A stretch of 64,000 bases of DNA from a virus (IMGVR_UViG_3300025435_000010:32001-96000), one strand, 5' to 3'; positions 37,616 through 47,961 are shown, counted from the stretch's first letter. The notes: generated by a model not told the origin, from the letters alone. Numbers and translations are program-made.

Positions 37616-37621
37616 TAATTC

Positions 37622-37650
37622 ATTATAACCTCATAATTTAAATTTTGCAA
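37622..37650 (-). promoter_or_regulatory. sigma70-like promoter, likely leaderless
   Basis: TTGCAA-17-TATAAT-6 nt-GTG. Confidence 0.65.
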
Positions 37651-38056
37651 GCTCTTGTTTTGGAGCCTTACCAATCCTCACATTGCATATACCGTTATAA
37701 TAATCATCTCTTAGGAGTACATCCTCACCTAACTGTTCTTTAATTTCATAATAAGCTAACGCCCACTTTGAATCACAGGTACGTAAGATTTTAAAAATAA
37801 ATTTATCCTTTCCATACTTCTTGATATCTGCATTAAGTTCATTTGATGAGCTTGTATATGATTTCCAGTCAGACTCCTTATAATCAATTCGATTATTCTT
37901 TTTACCCTTTAATGGCTTACGCTTAATACGACTTGTACATTGCTTTTTACCAATATATTTTTTATTGCTTATTGTATTGATAATCAAATAAATGAACCCG
38001 AACGTATTCTCGCTAACATTTACACCATCATTTAAGATCCAATGTCCACTATCCAT
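37631..38056 (-). CDS. Short GIY-YIG nuclease (Seg-like)
   Basis: FGFIYLI..KYIGKK..ESDWKSYTSSS..YYE..YYN. Confidence 0.85.
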   Translation of the reverse strand: MDSGHWILNDGVNVSENTFGFIYLIINTISNKKYIGKKQCTSRIKRKPLKGKKNNRIDYKESDWKSYTSSSNELNADIKKYGKDKFIFKILRTCDSKWALAYYEIKEQLGEDVLLRDDYYNGICNVRIGKAPKQELAKFKL

Positions 38057-38067
38057 ATAGATAGTTA

Positions 38068-38316
38068 TTACATTCCCGTTGAATATATACCTCTACGCTG
38101 TACAGGTACTTTTCTTTTCTTCTTCCTACCTATCTTCTTACCACCTAAAATTGATGGAATTCGTGCATCACCTGGTGCATATGCTGCATCGTTTTGGGAG
38201 GGAAATTGATTTCCGTAATTACCTGAAGTAGCTGGACCAGTAACAGCACCTGTTCCCCCTACAACATTTGCGAGTTCTGTTAATAATTGATCTACAAGTT
38301 TATTAAAATTGCTCAT
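38068..38316 (-). CDS. Small protein with a capsid N-arm-like motif and a basic tail
   Basis: YGNQFPSQNDAAYAPGDARIPSIL is nearly identical to a gp23 segment; tail KKIGRKKKRK. Confidence 0.75.
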   Translation of the reverse strand: MSNFNKLVDQLLTELANVVGGTGAVTGPATSGNYGNQFPSQNDAAYAPGDARIPSILGGKKIGRKKKRKVPVQRRGIYSTGM

Positions 38317-38351
38317 TGATTTTTACTTACCTTATACTATATTTAAGTTTA

Positions 38352-38741
38352 ATGCTTGAAGAATATATAAAAGAACTTGAAGAAGATCTTAAGATTAATG
38401 AGTTAAATCTTAAAGACTATCAACTTCGCTTACCTGCTATTAAACATAAATGGACAGGTAGATGTATTCGTCTTAAATCCCAGATTAACTCTCTCAAGAA
38501 ACAAAGAGATAAAGTCAAATCTGATATAATGTCTGAAATTGACCATACAAGTAACGTAAAGCTAACACAGCCTATTATAGCCGCAACAGCAGACAAGCAT
38601 AGTCGAATTCAAGATATTAATTTAAAAATACAAGACGCGGAATTAATTGTTGAACTCTTAGAACGCTCAGAAAAAACTTTAAGCAGCTGTAGTTATGATA
38701 TAAGCAATATAATAAAGATAATGCAGCTTGAAACAACATGA
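38352..38741 (+). CDS. uvsY: Recombination mediator UvsY-like
   Basis: EEDLKINELNL..LPAIKHKW..SYDISNII; upstream of uvsW; start placed at ATG after TTGATT-16-TATATT (38316-38343). Confidence 0.7.
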   Translation: MLEEYIKELEEDLKINELNLKDYQLRLPAIKHKWTGRCIRLKSQINSLKKQRDKVKSDIMSEIDHTSNVKLTQPIIAATADKHSRIQDINLKIQDAELIVELLERSEKTLSSCSYDISNIIKIMQLETT

Positions 38742-40201
38742 TAAAGTTTGATTATGACGAGAAAAAAAGATTAGGTATTATATCGGGTGATTTATTCGAC
38801 GAAATACGAGAATATTTTTCTGTAAAAAATGAAGCAGCACACTTTATGCGTAGACGTGGTAGGTTTATGCCTGCTAGGACATATGCTATAACACCTACAG
38901 GTAGATTTGAACCTTGTTTGTATACGGAAATTAAAAAGTTTATAACGAGTCAGCAATATGTAGGTGAGATTGAATATAGTAAAGAATTATTCGAACAAGT
39001 TGTACCTGCAAGACATGGCTGGCATCAGCAATTAGATTTTAAAAGCGAAATTTATCCTCTTAAGTTAAATTTAAGAGACTATCAAGAAGATATAGTTAAG
39101 GAATGTATGTTTAATGGCAGAGGTACAATTATCTTAGCAACAGCAGGTGGTAAAACCCTAACATCAGCCTCTTTAATATCGAAAATTTACAGCTTGTACA
39201 TGTCTGCATATAATAAAAAAAGCTTTAAATGTCTTTTTATTGTACCGGATAGAGGTCTTGCATCACAGACTTATCAAGATTTTATTGATTATGGTGTACC
39301 GTTTAGTGTCTCAAAATGGACTGGGGATGATGACTTAAATCTATCTACTAATGTTGTTGTATCTAATCTTGGTATCCTACAAAGTAAAAATAGTAATTTA
39401 GATTGGCTTGAAGATATTGATCTTCTTATCGTTGATGAAGTACATAAAATTCGTAAAGGCAATAAAATAAATGATATTCTTAAGAAGATTAAAACACCAT
39501 ATAAATTTGGATTTACAGGTACAATGCCTGAAGAGAATCTCGATCAATGGAATATTATAGGTAAGATAGGTCCTATAATTTATGAGAAAAATAGCTACGA
39601 CTTAAGACAGGAAAGCTACGTTAGTAATGCATCTATTCAAATTATAAAATTAATTCATAAAAACGAACCAAAGAAAAGCGATAACGGTAACGCGTATAGA
39701 GAAGAAATAGAATATCTTACTACCTCTATTTTTCGTAATGAACTCATAGCAAGACTTGCTAAGGGATTAAACCAGAATTCACTTATTATGGTTGATTATA
39801 TTCAACACGGGGAGCTGTTATTTGATATTATTCAACGAATGATGCCTGAAAAACAATGTTTCTTTATTCGTGGAGAAGTAGAAGTTGAAGAAAGAGATCG
39901 TGTCAGACAACTTATGGAGACTAATAGTAATGTTGTTGTAGTTGCTATATCGAAAATATTCTCAACTGGTATTAATATTAAAAACCTACACTATATTATT
40001 TTTGCATGTGGCGGTAAAGCTAAGATAAAAATCGTACAATCTATTGGTCGAGGTCTTAGGTTGCATAAGGATAAATCTAAGCTTATAATATTTGATATTA
40101 CTGATGATCTGCGCTATAGCGCAGCCCATGCATTAAAAAGACAAGCACTTTATGAAAAAGAACACATCCCGTTTGCAATCAAAAACATCGAAGAAAAGTA
40201 A
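38738..40201 (+). CDS. uvsW: UvsW DNA helicase
   Basis: LRDYQ, ATAGGKT, DEVH, FGFTGT, FSTGINIKNLH, VQSIGRGLR. Confidence 0.94.
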   Translation: MIKFDYDEKKRLGIISGDLFDEIREYFSVKNEAAHFMRRRGRFMPARTYAITPTGRFEPCLYTEIKKFITSQQYVGEIEYSKELFEQVVPARHGWHQQLDFKSEIYPLKLNLRDYQEDIVKECMFNGRGTIILATAGGKTLTSASLISKIYSLYMSAYNKKSFKCLFIVPDRGLASQTYQDFIDYGVPFSVSKWTGDDDLNLSTNVVVSNLGILQSKNSNLDWLEDIDLLIVDEVHKIRKGNKINDILKKIKTPYKFGFTGTMPEENLDQWNIIGKIGPIIYEKNSYDLRQESYVSNASIQIIKLIHKNEPKKSDNGNAYREEIEYLTTSIFRNELIARLAKGLNQNSLIMVDYIQHGELLFDIIQRMMPEKQCFFIRGEVEVEERDRVRQLMETNSNVVVVAISKIFSTGINIKNLHYIIFACGGKAKIKIVQSIGRGLRLHKDKSKLIIFDITDDLRYSAAHALKRQALYEKEHIPFAIKNIEEK

Positions 40202-40763
40202 GCCGAAGAAAGAGCCTAAAATTCTTGATCTTAATCTTATTGGTAATGAGACAGAGGATATTGTTGATGTCTTACCTATTGAAGTTATTGAATCATTACC
40301 TATTGTCGATGAAGCAAGTCCTCCTAAAAAAGTAAAACCCAAGGATAAGGTTCATTATGTTAATAGTAGAGAATTTGAAGATGAAATTAAAAGTTACTAT
40401 AATACAGATGTAATGACAGATAAGTTATGCGAAAGTATTAACAAAATTGCTAACGGTTTATCTTATGCTCCAAACTTCTTAAATTATTCTTATAAAGAGG
40501 ACATGGTCGGTGACGCTGTTGTTAAGATGTTTTCAGCTTTAAAGAATAAAAAATTTAAGATTGATTGTGGATTTAGCCCATTTTCGTATTTTACTACGAT
40601 TGCTTTTCATGCTTTTATTAATAGAATTAAGAAAGAAAAAAAACATCACGAAGCTATTAATGAGTACCGGGATAAGGTGTACACAGAATTAATGTTGAAT
40701 CCTGAAGAGAATAACGGTGCACATATTTACGTTGAGCCAACCGGTGACGATCCAGAAGAATAA
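40152..40763 (+). CDS. gp55: Late transcription sigma factor (T4 gp55-like)
   Basis: HYVNSREF..KIANGLS..NFLNYSYKEDMVGDA..PFSYFTTIAFHAFINRIKKEKK. Confidence 0.93.
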   Translation: MKKNTSRLQSKTSKKSKPKKEPKILDLNLIGNETEDIVDVLPIEVIESLPIVDEASPPKKVKPKDKVHYVNSREFEDEIKSYYNTDVMTDKLCESINKIANGLSYAPNFLNYSYKEDMVGDAVVKMFSALKNKKFKIDCGFSPFSYFTTIAFHAFINRIKKEKKHHEAINEYRDKVYTELMLNPEENNGAHIYVEPTGDDPEE

Positions 40764-40765
40764 TT

Positions 40766-41824
40766 GTGGATATATTTTTAAATAAATCTAAAGTAGCTAT
40801 ATTTTCTGATTTGCACTTAGGTGTACATCTTGATTCAGTAACCTGGCATCAAGTGGCACTAGACTGGTGTGATTGGTTTGTATCTGAAATAACAAAACAA
40901 GATATTAAAGATGTTTTATTCTTAGGTGATTTTTTTCACCATAGAAGTGATATCTCGGTTGCTACGCTACATGTAGCGAGTTTAATACTCGATAAGTTAA
41001 ATGATTTTAATATTGTAATGATTGTTGGTAATCATGATGCGTATTATAAAGATAGAGCTGATGTAAATTCGCTATCCATTTTAAATGGTCGTAAAAATAT
41101 AACAGTTATTAGTGAAACAGTAACAACAACATTGTTCGGTAGATCTTTTTCTTTTATACCTTGGGGAGGTGATATAGATAAATTACCAAAATCTGATGCA
41201 ATCTTTGGTCATTTAGAGATTGAGAGTTTTAAGATGAATAGTTATAAGACCTGTGAACATGGTACAAAGACACGTGATCTTTTAACAAAATCAAATTTAG
41301 TAATGTCCGGTCACTTTCATCTCAGAGATGAACGAGTTTATGATAACGGTACTATAGTATATGTTGGGAATCCGTTTGAAATGGACTTTGGTGATCTTGG
41401 AGGCATTAAAGGTTATTATTTGCTTAATTTAGAAACGCTAAAATATGAATTTTATGAAAATAAAATATCACCAAAGCATAAAAAAATTACATTAACTGAA
41501 CTCACAAACGCAAAATCATTAACAGGTAGTGATATTAACGAAATGGTAAATGGGCATTTTGTTAAGTTTATTGTTGATAAAAAGGTAAAGAGTGATATTA
41601 TTGATACACTTATTCAAAAATTTTCCGTTTATAAGCCGCTAGCATTTACAACAGATTATACATATACAGAAAATAATTATAATGTTGAAGATAAGGGATA
41701 TGAATCAACCGGCGTCAACATGCAAGCCACAATTGAGGAGTTTATAGATGTGCTAGAAATTGATAATAAAGAGAGTATAATCAAGTATTGCACCGATCTC
41801 TATAAACGTGCTTGTGAAGTATGA
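40766..41824 (+). CDS. gp47: Recombination endonuclease subunit (gp47/Mre11-like)
   Basis: SDLHLG, LGDFF, VGNHD, FGHLE, SGHFH. Confidence 0.93.
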   Translation: MDIFLNKSKVAIFSDLHLGVHLDSVTWHQVALDWCDWFVSEITKQDIKDVLFLGDFFHHRSDISVATLHVASLILDKLNDFNIVMIVGNHDAYYKDRADVNSLSILNGRKNITVISETVTTTLFGRSFSFIPWGGDIDKLPKSDAIFGHLEIESFKMNSYKTCEHGTKTRDLLTKSNLVMSGHFHLRDERVYDNGTIVYVGNPFEMDFGDLGGIKGYYLLNLETLKYEFYENKISPKHKKITLTELTNAKSLTGSDINEMVNGHFVKFIVDKKVKSDIIDTLIQKFSVYKPLAFTTDYTYTENNYNVEDKGYESTGVNMQATIEEFIDVLEIDNKESIIKYCTDLYKRACEV

Positions 41825-43632
41825 AATATATAAATTTTAAAACAATAACTATAAAGAACTTTCTTTCTGTTGGTAATGAGCCTGTATCTGTAGATTTTAA
41901 GCGAGGCTTGCACATTATTACAGGTATTAATAAAGACAAAGAAGATAGACAAAACGGTGTTGGTAAGTCTACTGTTGCTGATGCCATTAATTTTGCCGTT
42001 TTTGGTGAAACTCTTAGAGACCTTAAAAAGGAATTTATTGTAAATAGTATTAACAAGAAGAATTGCGAGGTTGTGTTAGAGGCTTCAATTAATCAATTTG
42101 ATACTATTGAGAACATTAAAATTGTAAGAACATTAGAACCATCAAAGTGTTATATCCATATTAATGGTGAAGACAAAACACGCGACAGTATCTCAAATAC
42201 AAACGACTTCATTATGAAGAAGTTTAATTGTACCCCGGAGATATTTCAGAATTGTGTCATTATGACCATAAACAATACTACACCGTTTATGGCAAAGAAG
42301 AAGCAGGAGAAAAGAAAGTTTATTGAAGATATTTTTAATCTCGGTGTATTTAGTAATATGTCGACATTACTAAAAGCTGACGTCACAGATAATAAGAAAG
42401 CTCTTGATATTGAAGGTACAAGATATGAGGAAGTGGATAAAGTTCTTGGAAGCTATATTCGTCAGCGCGATAATACTCTTGAAGAGCGTAAACAAAAGCA
42501 CGAAAAGTATACACAACGTAAGCTCAATAACGCTGATGAAATTATTGAAGTATCAAAAAAAATTAACTCTTTTAAGGAAAAAAGTATTGACAATATTAAC
42601 GAAGCAATCATTAAATTAAAGGATGCAAATACTAAAGTTGATGATAAAATACAAGCTTGTCGCCATACAAGAAGTGAGAGCCAGACGTTAATCACACAAA
42701 TTCAAAAACAATTAAATGCTGTAGGAACTGATAAAGATAAATGCCCTACATGTTTACGTTCAATTGAAGAGAGCGATAAAAATCATATTAAGAATGAAAA
42801 ACAAAAGCTTAACAATGAAATCGATAGCCATAAAAGTACTATTGATAAAGAAACAGATAACGAAACAACGTTAGTATCTAAACGCACAGATATTAATAAT
42901 AAGATAAAAACTTTAGAAAATAGTATTCACGCATATAATCTTGAAATAAAAGATCAGCAAAATCAACAAGCGCGTTTAGATCAATTAAATGAATGGCAGA
43001 CAATGCTTGACCAAGATTTAAAAGATCTCGAGCAAGCGTCTACGCAGTTTGATAAATTAATTGAAGAGAAACAAGACGAACTCAATAAGTTAATGGAAGG
43101 GCTTGATGTTATTAAAGAAACAACTAATGTTTTAGATGTTGTTAAATTTGTAGTATCAGAGGAGGGTGTTAAATCGTACATTGTCAAGAAAATTCTTCAG
43201 CTCTTTAATAGTAAACTTTCGTATTATCTTCAAAAAATGGACGCTAACTGTATTTGTACATTTAATGAGTATTTTGAAGAAGAGATTGTTGATACAAAAG
43301 GCAATGAACGTTCTTATTTTAATTTTAGTGGAGCTGAAAGAAAGAATATGGATCTTGCTTGCCTCTTTACATTCATGGATATGCGTAGGTTACAGGGTGA
43401 TGTATGCTTTAATTTTAGTATTTACGATGAATTATTTGATTCGAGTCTTGATGCTAAAGGTATTGAGCTTGTAATTGGTGTACTTAAGGAACGTGTTGAA
43501 AAATATGATGAGAGTATTATGGTAATTAGCCATCGTAAGGAAAGTGTTAAAGCTGCGACAGGTGATGTTATTTTCTTAGAAAAATTAAATGGTATAACAA
43601 AACGTGTTGATTACAAGGAGTACACATCATAA
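41821..43632 (+). CDS. gp46: Recombination ATPase subunit (gp46/Rad50-like)
   Basis: KNFLSVGN, NGVGKS, CPTC zinc hook, FSGAER, DELFDSSLD, ISH. Confidence 0.95.
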   Translation: MKYINFKTITIKNFLSVGNEPVSVDFKRGLHIITGINKDKEDRQNGVGKSTVADAINFAVFGETLRDLKKEFIVNSINKKNCEVVLEASINQFDTIENIKIVRTLEPSKCYIHINGEDKTRDSISNTNDFIMKKFNCTPEIFQNCVIMTINNTTPFMAKKKQEKRKFIEDIFNLGVFSNMSTLLKADVTDNKKALDIEGTRYEEVDKVLGSYIRQRDNTLEERKQKHEKYTQRKLNNADEIIEVSKKINSFKEKSIDNINEAIIKLKDANTKVDDKIQACRHTRSESQTLITQIQKQLNAVGTDKDKCPTCLRSIEESDKNHIKNEKQKLNNEIDSHKSTIDKETDNETTLVSKRTDINNKIKTLENSIHAYNLEIKDQQNQQARLDQLNEWQTMLDQDLKDLEQASTQFDKLIEEKQDELNKLMEGLDVIKETTNVLDVVKFVVSEEGVKSYIVKKILQLFNSKLSYYLQKMDANCICTFNEYFEEEIVDTKGNERSYFNFSGAERKNMDLACLFTFMDMRRLQGDVCFNFSIYDELFDSSLDAKGIELVIGVLKERVEKYDESIMVISHRKESVKAATGDVIFLEKLNGITKRVDYKEYTS

Positions 43633-43635
43633 AAT
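43607..43635 (+). promoter_or_regulatory. sigma70-like promoter, likely leaderless
   Basis: TTGATT-17-TAAAAT-7 nt-ATG (43643). Confidence 0.6.
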
Positions 43636-43642
43636 ATATCAC

Positions 43643-44860
43643 ATGATCTCTAGTCCTTTTGTATCTCCGTTTGTATCTCCTTTCGTACAGCCATACGGGT
43701 TAATTCCACAACAACCAATGCAACAGGAGATACCTCAGCCTCCTGAGATGAATTTAAAGCGTGTAATGAATTATTATGCCGATTATTCAGGCTGCGGTTT
43801 TTGGCGAATGATTTGGCCTGAACATATTTTAAATGCACATCAAAAAATGGTTGTACATGGTAGTACGATGATGTGCTTTGATCCAAATTATTTTAGAGGA
43901 GCTGAAGTTGTACGTATTCAGCGTCAGGCAACGGTACATCAATTAGAATTCATTAAGTTCTTAAAAAACTTAAGTAAGGATCTTGGATTTAGAATTATTT
44001 ACGAAATTGACGATCTCGTCTTTAGTGAAGATATTCCTGATTATAATAAATTTAAACCCGCCTTTACAGATCCTAATATTCGTAGAACAGCTCAGGAAAT
44101 CATGGAGCTTTGCGATGAAGTTACTGTAACATGCGATTTCATGAAGGATTATTATATGGGTAAGACAGCTAATAAAAATGTTACTGTTATTCCGAATTAT
44201 CCTCCTAAGTTCTGGATGGGTAACTTTTATAATGAAAAGAAAATTTCAGATAATTTTGACAAATATCGCAAGAAGCCTCGTATTCTATATGCAGGTTCCG
44301 GTGCACATTTTGATGTAGATAATCGTGTTGGACAGAACGATGACTTTGCGCATGTTAACCGTGTAATTCGCGCAACAAAAGACAAATATCAATGGGTGTT
44401 CCTTGGTGCATATCCCTTACCGTTACATGATCTTATTCAGAGCAAGGAATTCGAATTCCACCCTTGGGAGACACTTTACCGTTACCCCGAGCGTATTGCT
44501 AATCTTAATGTCCAGATGATGGTTGCACCTCTTCAAGACAATACTTTCAATAAAGCAAAGTCTGATCTGAAGTTTGTAGAAGCATGTTGCTACGGATTAC
44601 CGATCGCTTGTCAAAATCTTGTAACGTATCAAGATGCACCGTATAAATTTGATACAGGTGAAGAAATGATCGATATTGTTGATGATGTTCTTTCAAAGAA
44701 AGGCCGTTATATGAACATTTCATCTTCCATGCGCCGTCGTGCAAATGATCGTTGGTTAGAGAATGATAATAATATTGATAAGTACGTTGAACTACATACT
44801 CTACCATTCGGTCATAAAGATCGTAAGCTCCTAAATGCTATTAATGGTATTAAGGCTTGA
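43643..44860 (+). CDS. GT-B glycosyltransferase
   Basis: ADYSGCGFWRM..IQRQ..YEIDD..VIPN..VAPLQDNTFNKAKSDLKFVE; N-terminal (SPFV)x3. Confidence 0.8.
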   Translation: MISSPFVSPFVSPFVQPYGLIPQQPMQQEIPQPPEMNLKRVMNYYADYSGCGFWRMIWPEHILNAHQKMVVHGSTMMCFDPNYFRGAEVVRIQRQATVHQLEFIKFLKNLSKDLGFRIIYEIDDLVFSEDIPDYNKFKPAFTDPNIRRTAQEIMELCDEVTVTCDFMKDYYMGKTANKNVTVIPNYPPKFWMGNFYNEKKISDNFDKYRKKPRILYAGSGAHFDVDNRVGQNDDFAHVNRVIRATKDKYQWVFLGAYPLPLHDLIQSKEFEFHPWETLYRYPERIANLNVQMMVAPLQDNTFNKAKSDLKFVEACCYGLPIACQNLVTYQDAPYKFDTGEEMIDIVDDVLSKKGRYMNISSSMRRRANDRWLENDNNIDKYVELHTLPFGHKDRKLLNAINGIKA

Positions 44861-44885
44861 TTGTAGTATTAGGTTGTAATATACT
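44857..44885 (+). promoter_or_regulatory. sigma70-like promoter, likely leaderless (DNA polymerase)
   Basis: TTGATT-17-TATACT-6 nt-GTG. Confidence 0.7.
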
Positions 44886-44891
44886 TATTGG

Positions 44892-47480
44892 GTGTACAGG
44901 AACGTATCATATCTACCGCGGGAACAAACAATTAACCTTTATACGTGGGACGAGAACGGTAAACGTATAACCATCCCTTCAACGTTTGAGCCGTACATTT
45001 ATTTGGAAACAAATAATGCACCGGATGCAATGAGTATCTTTGATACGAAGTTGAAGAAGAAGAGATTTAAAAATCAATACGATCGTTCTAGATATCTTAA
45101 AGATAATAAGGTCACTAGGGTATTTGAAAACTTTAACGTTAATCAACAATTCCTAATTGATACATATTGGCAGGATAATGAAAAGTCGGATTTTACTAAA
45201 AATCAGTTAAAGGTACATTTTATTGATATCGAAACATATTCACCTGATGCGTTTCCTAATCCTCAAGATCCTAACGATACAATTAACATTATCACTATCT
45301 ACGATACTCTATCAAAGAAGTTTTATTCCTGGGGACTCAAACCATATACAGCTAAATCAGCTGATGTGATTTATGTTGCATGTAAGACGGAAGATGAACT
45401 ATTGCGCAGGTTTGTAGATTTCTTTAGTAAAGATTATCCTGATATTCTTTCTGGTTGGAACTCAGAGTTTTTTGATGTACCGTATGTAATTAATCGTGTT
45501 AAAAAGGTATTAGGCGAAGAAGCTATGCAGAAGCTTTCACCTGACCGTTCTTTACGCTCTAGGACGTTTATGGGTAAGTATGGACGAGAGCAGACAAAGT
45601 GGCATATTGAAGGACTATCGTGTGTTGATTATCTCGATATCTATAGACGTTTTTGTCAGACACTTCGTGAGTCATATAAGCTCGACGCTATTGGTGAAAT
45701 AGAGCTTCAAGAGCGTAAGATTGATTATGGTGATCAGAATTTGACTGAACTTGCTGATGATAACTGGGAGTTATTTGTAGACTATAATATTCAGGACGTT
45801 AACCTTCTTGTAAGACTTGAACAGAAATTGCAGTATATACAGTTATTGAGAATGATTGCATATGCCGGTCTAACAACGTTTGAAGGTGCTCTTGGCTCTC
45901 TCTCGGTTATTACAGGGCTATGTTCTATCCGAGCTCGGTTAAAAGACAAACGTATTCCTACTTTTGTTAAGGATGTTAAAGAAGGTGAGCAGAACGCAGG
46001 AGCTTACGTAGCAGATCCACAACAAGGCTTTCAAGAACACGTCGTCTCTTTTGACGCTAATAGTCTATATCCAAATACGATGATCACCTTAAATCTATCT
46101 CCTGAGACAAAGGTAGGTAAGATTATCAATAAGACTGAAACAGATATAACTATTAAACATGTTAATGGGCAAACGTTTAATCTAACACATGAAAAATTCG
46201 CTGCATTTGTTAAGCAGGAAGAAATAGCAGTATCACGAGCAAAGATTCTTTTTACTCAAAAAGAAAAAGGAATTATCCCTGATACAATCGATTATTATTA
46301 TAATAAACGAGTTGAAGTAAAAAAGCTTCTAACAAAAGCCAAGAAGAAAGCTCTTACTCTACAAGAAGGTACGGAAGAATACGAGGATAATCAAATTGAA
46401 ATCGACCGACTCAACATTCGACAGCATACGATTAAGATTCTAATGAATACAGTGTATGGGTACTTTGGGAATAAACACAGTCCGCTTGGTGACGATGAAC
46501 TAGCTGAATCAATCACCCTTACAGGTCAAGCAGTTATTAAAGAGTCAAATAGAATTCTCACTGAGTATATTAAGAATAAGGCTCATCTTACAGATAATGA
46601 TATTAAGGAAAGTGATCCTATCATCTATAATGATACAGATTCGAGTTACATCTCTATCAAGCATCTAGTGAAGGCGCTGAAGATACCTGTCTTTGATAAT
46701 GCCGGTAATGTAGCATCGGAGTATTATAAGACAGTAACAGATATTGAAGATCATCTTAATAGAGAAATTACTATTTGGGGTAAGAGTGCTCTCGGATCAA
46801 AGGATTGTCGATTAGTGTTTAAACGTGAGGCTATTGCTGATGTAGGCTTGTTTCTTAGAAAGAAACGATACGTATTGCATACTCTTGATGTTGAGGGTAT
46901 ACCTGGTAAGAAGTTTAAGTATACAGGTGTTGAGGTTGTACGCACTACGATGCCAACACCAATTAAACCTTATGTAAAGAAAATTATTGAGACAATGCTT
47001 CTTACAAAAGATTACGCTACTACAAATAAGATCTTTAATGAAACATATGAAATCTTCAAAGGCCTGCCCTTAGAAGATATAGCATTTGTAATGGGAGTTA
47101 AGGGATACGAAAAGTACGCCAATCATTGTAATGGATTCGAGACAGTAAAGAGAATGCCGAAGCATGTGAAAGCAGCTTACTACCATAATATTCTCCTTGA
47201 TAGATTTGGTATTGAACGAAAGTACGAAAAGATGACATCGGGCGATAAGGTGAGATTCTTTGAAGTAAAGAAACCAAACAGTTTTGGATTGTCTGTTATT
47301 GGTTACAAGTACTACTATCCGAAAGAGTTTCAAAGTGTATTTGAAATTGATCATGAAAAGATGTTTGAAAAGATTATCTACTCTGTCATTGAACGGTTTT
47401 ATGAAGCTGTAAATTGGACTGTTAAAAAGCCTGGTAATGATGCACAAATAGACCTTTTTGACCTTTTGGGTATGAACTAG
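44892..47480 (+). CDS. gp43: Family B DNA polymerase (T4 gp43-like)
   Basis: DIET, GWNSEFFD, YNIQD, FDANSLYP, KILMNTVYG, YNDTDS, KKRY. Confidence 0.97.
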   Translation: MYRNVSYLPREQTINLYTWDENGKRITIPSTFEPYIYLETNNAPDAMSIFDTKLKKKRFKNQYDRSRYLKDNKVTRVFENFNVNQQFLIDTYWQDNEKSDFTKNQLKVHFIDIETYSPDAFPNPQDPNDTINIITIYDTLSKKFYSWGLKPYTAKSADVIYVACKTEDELLRRFVDFFSKDYPDILSGWNSEFFDVPYVINRVKKVLGEEAMQKLSPDRSLRSRTFMGKYGREQTKWHIEGLSCVDYLDIYRRFCQTLRESYKLDAIGEIELQERKIDYGDQNLTELADDNWELFVDYNIQDVNLLVRLEQKLQYIQLLRMIAYAGLTTFEGALGSLSVITGLCSIRARLKDKRIPTFVKDVKEGEQNAGAYVADPQQGFQEHVVSFDANSLYPNTMITLNLSPETKVGKIINKTETDITIKHVNGQTFNLTHEKFAAFVKQEEIAVSRAKILFTQKEKGIIPDTIDYYYNKRVEVKKLLTKAKKKALTLQEGTEEYEDNQIEIDRLNIRQHTIKILMNTVYGYFGNKHSPLGDDELAESITLTGQAVIKESNRILTEYIKNKAHLTDNDIKESDPIIYNDTDSSYISIKHLVKALKIPVFDNAGNVASEYYKTVTDIEDHLNREITIWGKSALGSKDCRLVFKREAIADVGLFLRKKRYVLHTLDVEGIPGKKFKYTGVEVVRTTMPTPIKPYVKKIIETMLLTKDYATTNKIFNETYEIFKGLPLEDIAFVMGVKGYEKYANHCNGFETVKRMPKHVKAAYYHNILLDRFGIERKYEKMTSGDKVRFFEVKKPNSFGLSVIGYKYYYPKEFQSVFEIDHEKMFEKIIYSVIERFYEAVNWTVKKPGNDAQIDLFDLLGMN

Positions 47481-47517
47481 TTGATTTTAAAAAAATACAT
47501 TATAATATATTAAACAT

Positions 47518-47871
47518 ATGAGCAATCTTATTACCTTCATTGATCACATCGGACGCACCATCATCGGCGAAAATGCTGGTGATACCGATAACGGAGCTTC
47601 TTTCCTTGTAAAGAACCCAGCCATCATTCACGTTCAGCCAACCCAGACCGGGCAGCTTAACGTTCAGACTATTCCCCTTTATTTCCGTGAGTTTATCGGA
47701 GAGAAGTCTAAGGAGAACGGTACAACTTGGAAGTATCATTACGCTAATGTTGTTGTTGGTACAGACGTTGATAATGATCCTCGTCTTACTGACCAGTATG
47801 AGAAGCTTTGGTCAGCTCCCGTTGCAGCTCCCACTGCCGAACCTTCCGTAGTTAAGCTTTTTGATGAGTAA
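47518..47871 (+). CDS. Hypothetical protein (small, probably highly expressed)
   Basis: 117 aa, C/T-ending codon bias, followed by a strong terminator. Confidence 0.7.
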   Translation: MSNLITFIDHIGRTIIGENAGDTDNGASFLVKNPAIIHVQPTQTGQLNVQTIPLYFREFIGEKSKENGTTWKYHYANVVVGTDVDNDPRLTDQYEKLWSAPVAAPTAEPSVVKLFDE

Positions 47872-47901
47872 ATCGTAATCTGCTCTCAAAGAAACCAGAT
47901 T

Positions 47902-47932
47902 AAATACCCGACTTCGGTCGGGTATTTTTTTT
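47902..47932 (+). terminator. Intrinsic terminator with cUUCGg loop
   Basis: AAATACCCGAC-TTCG-GTCGGGTATTT followed by a T-run. Confidence 0.92.
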
Positions 47933-47933
47933 C

Positions 47934-47961
47934 TTGATTAGGTGAAATGTGATAGTATAAT
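47934..47961 (+). promoter_or_regulatory. sigma70-like promoter, likely leaderless (uvsX)
   Basis: TTGATT-16-TATAAT-7 nt-ATG (47969). Confidence 0.7.

Noticed and set aside
44892-47480. Intein or intron in DNA polymerase (also checked gp41, UvsX, gp20, gp23)
   Set aside because: Lengths are typical and motifs are contiguous.
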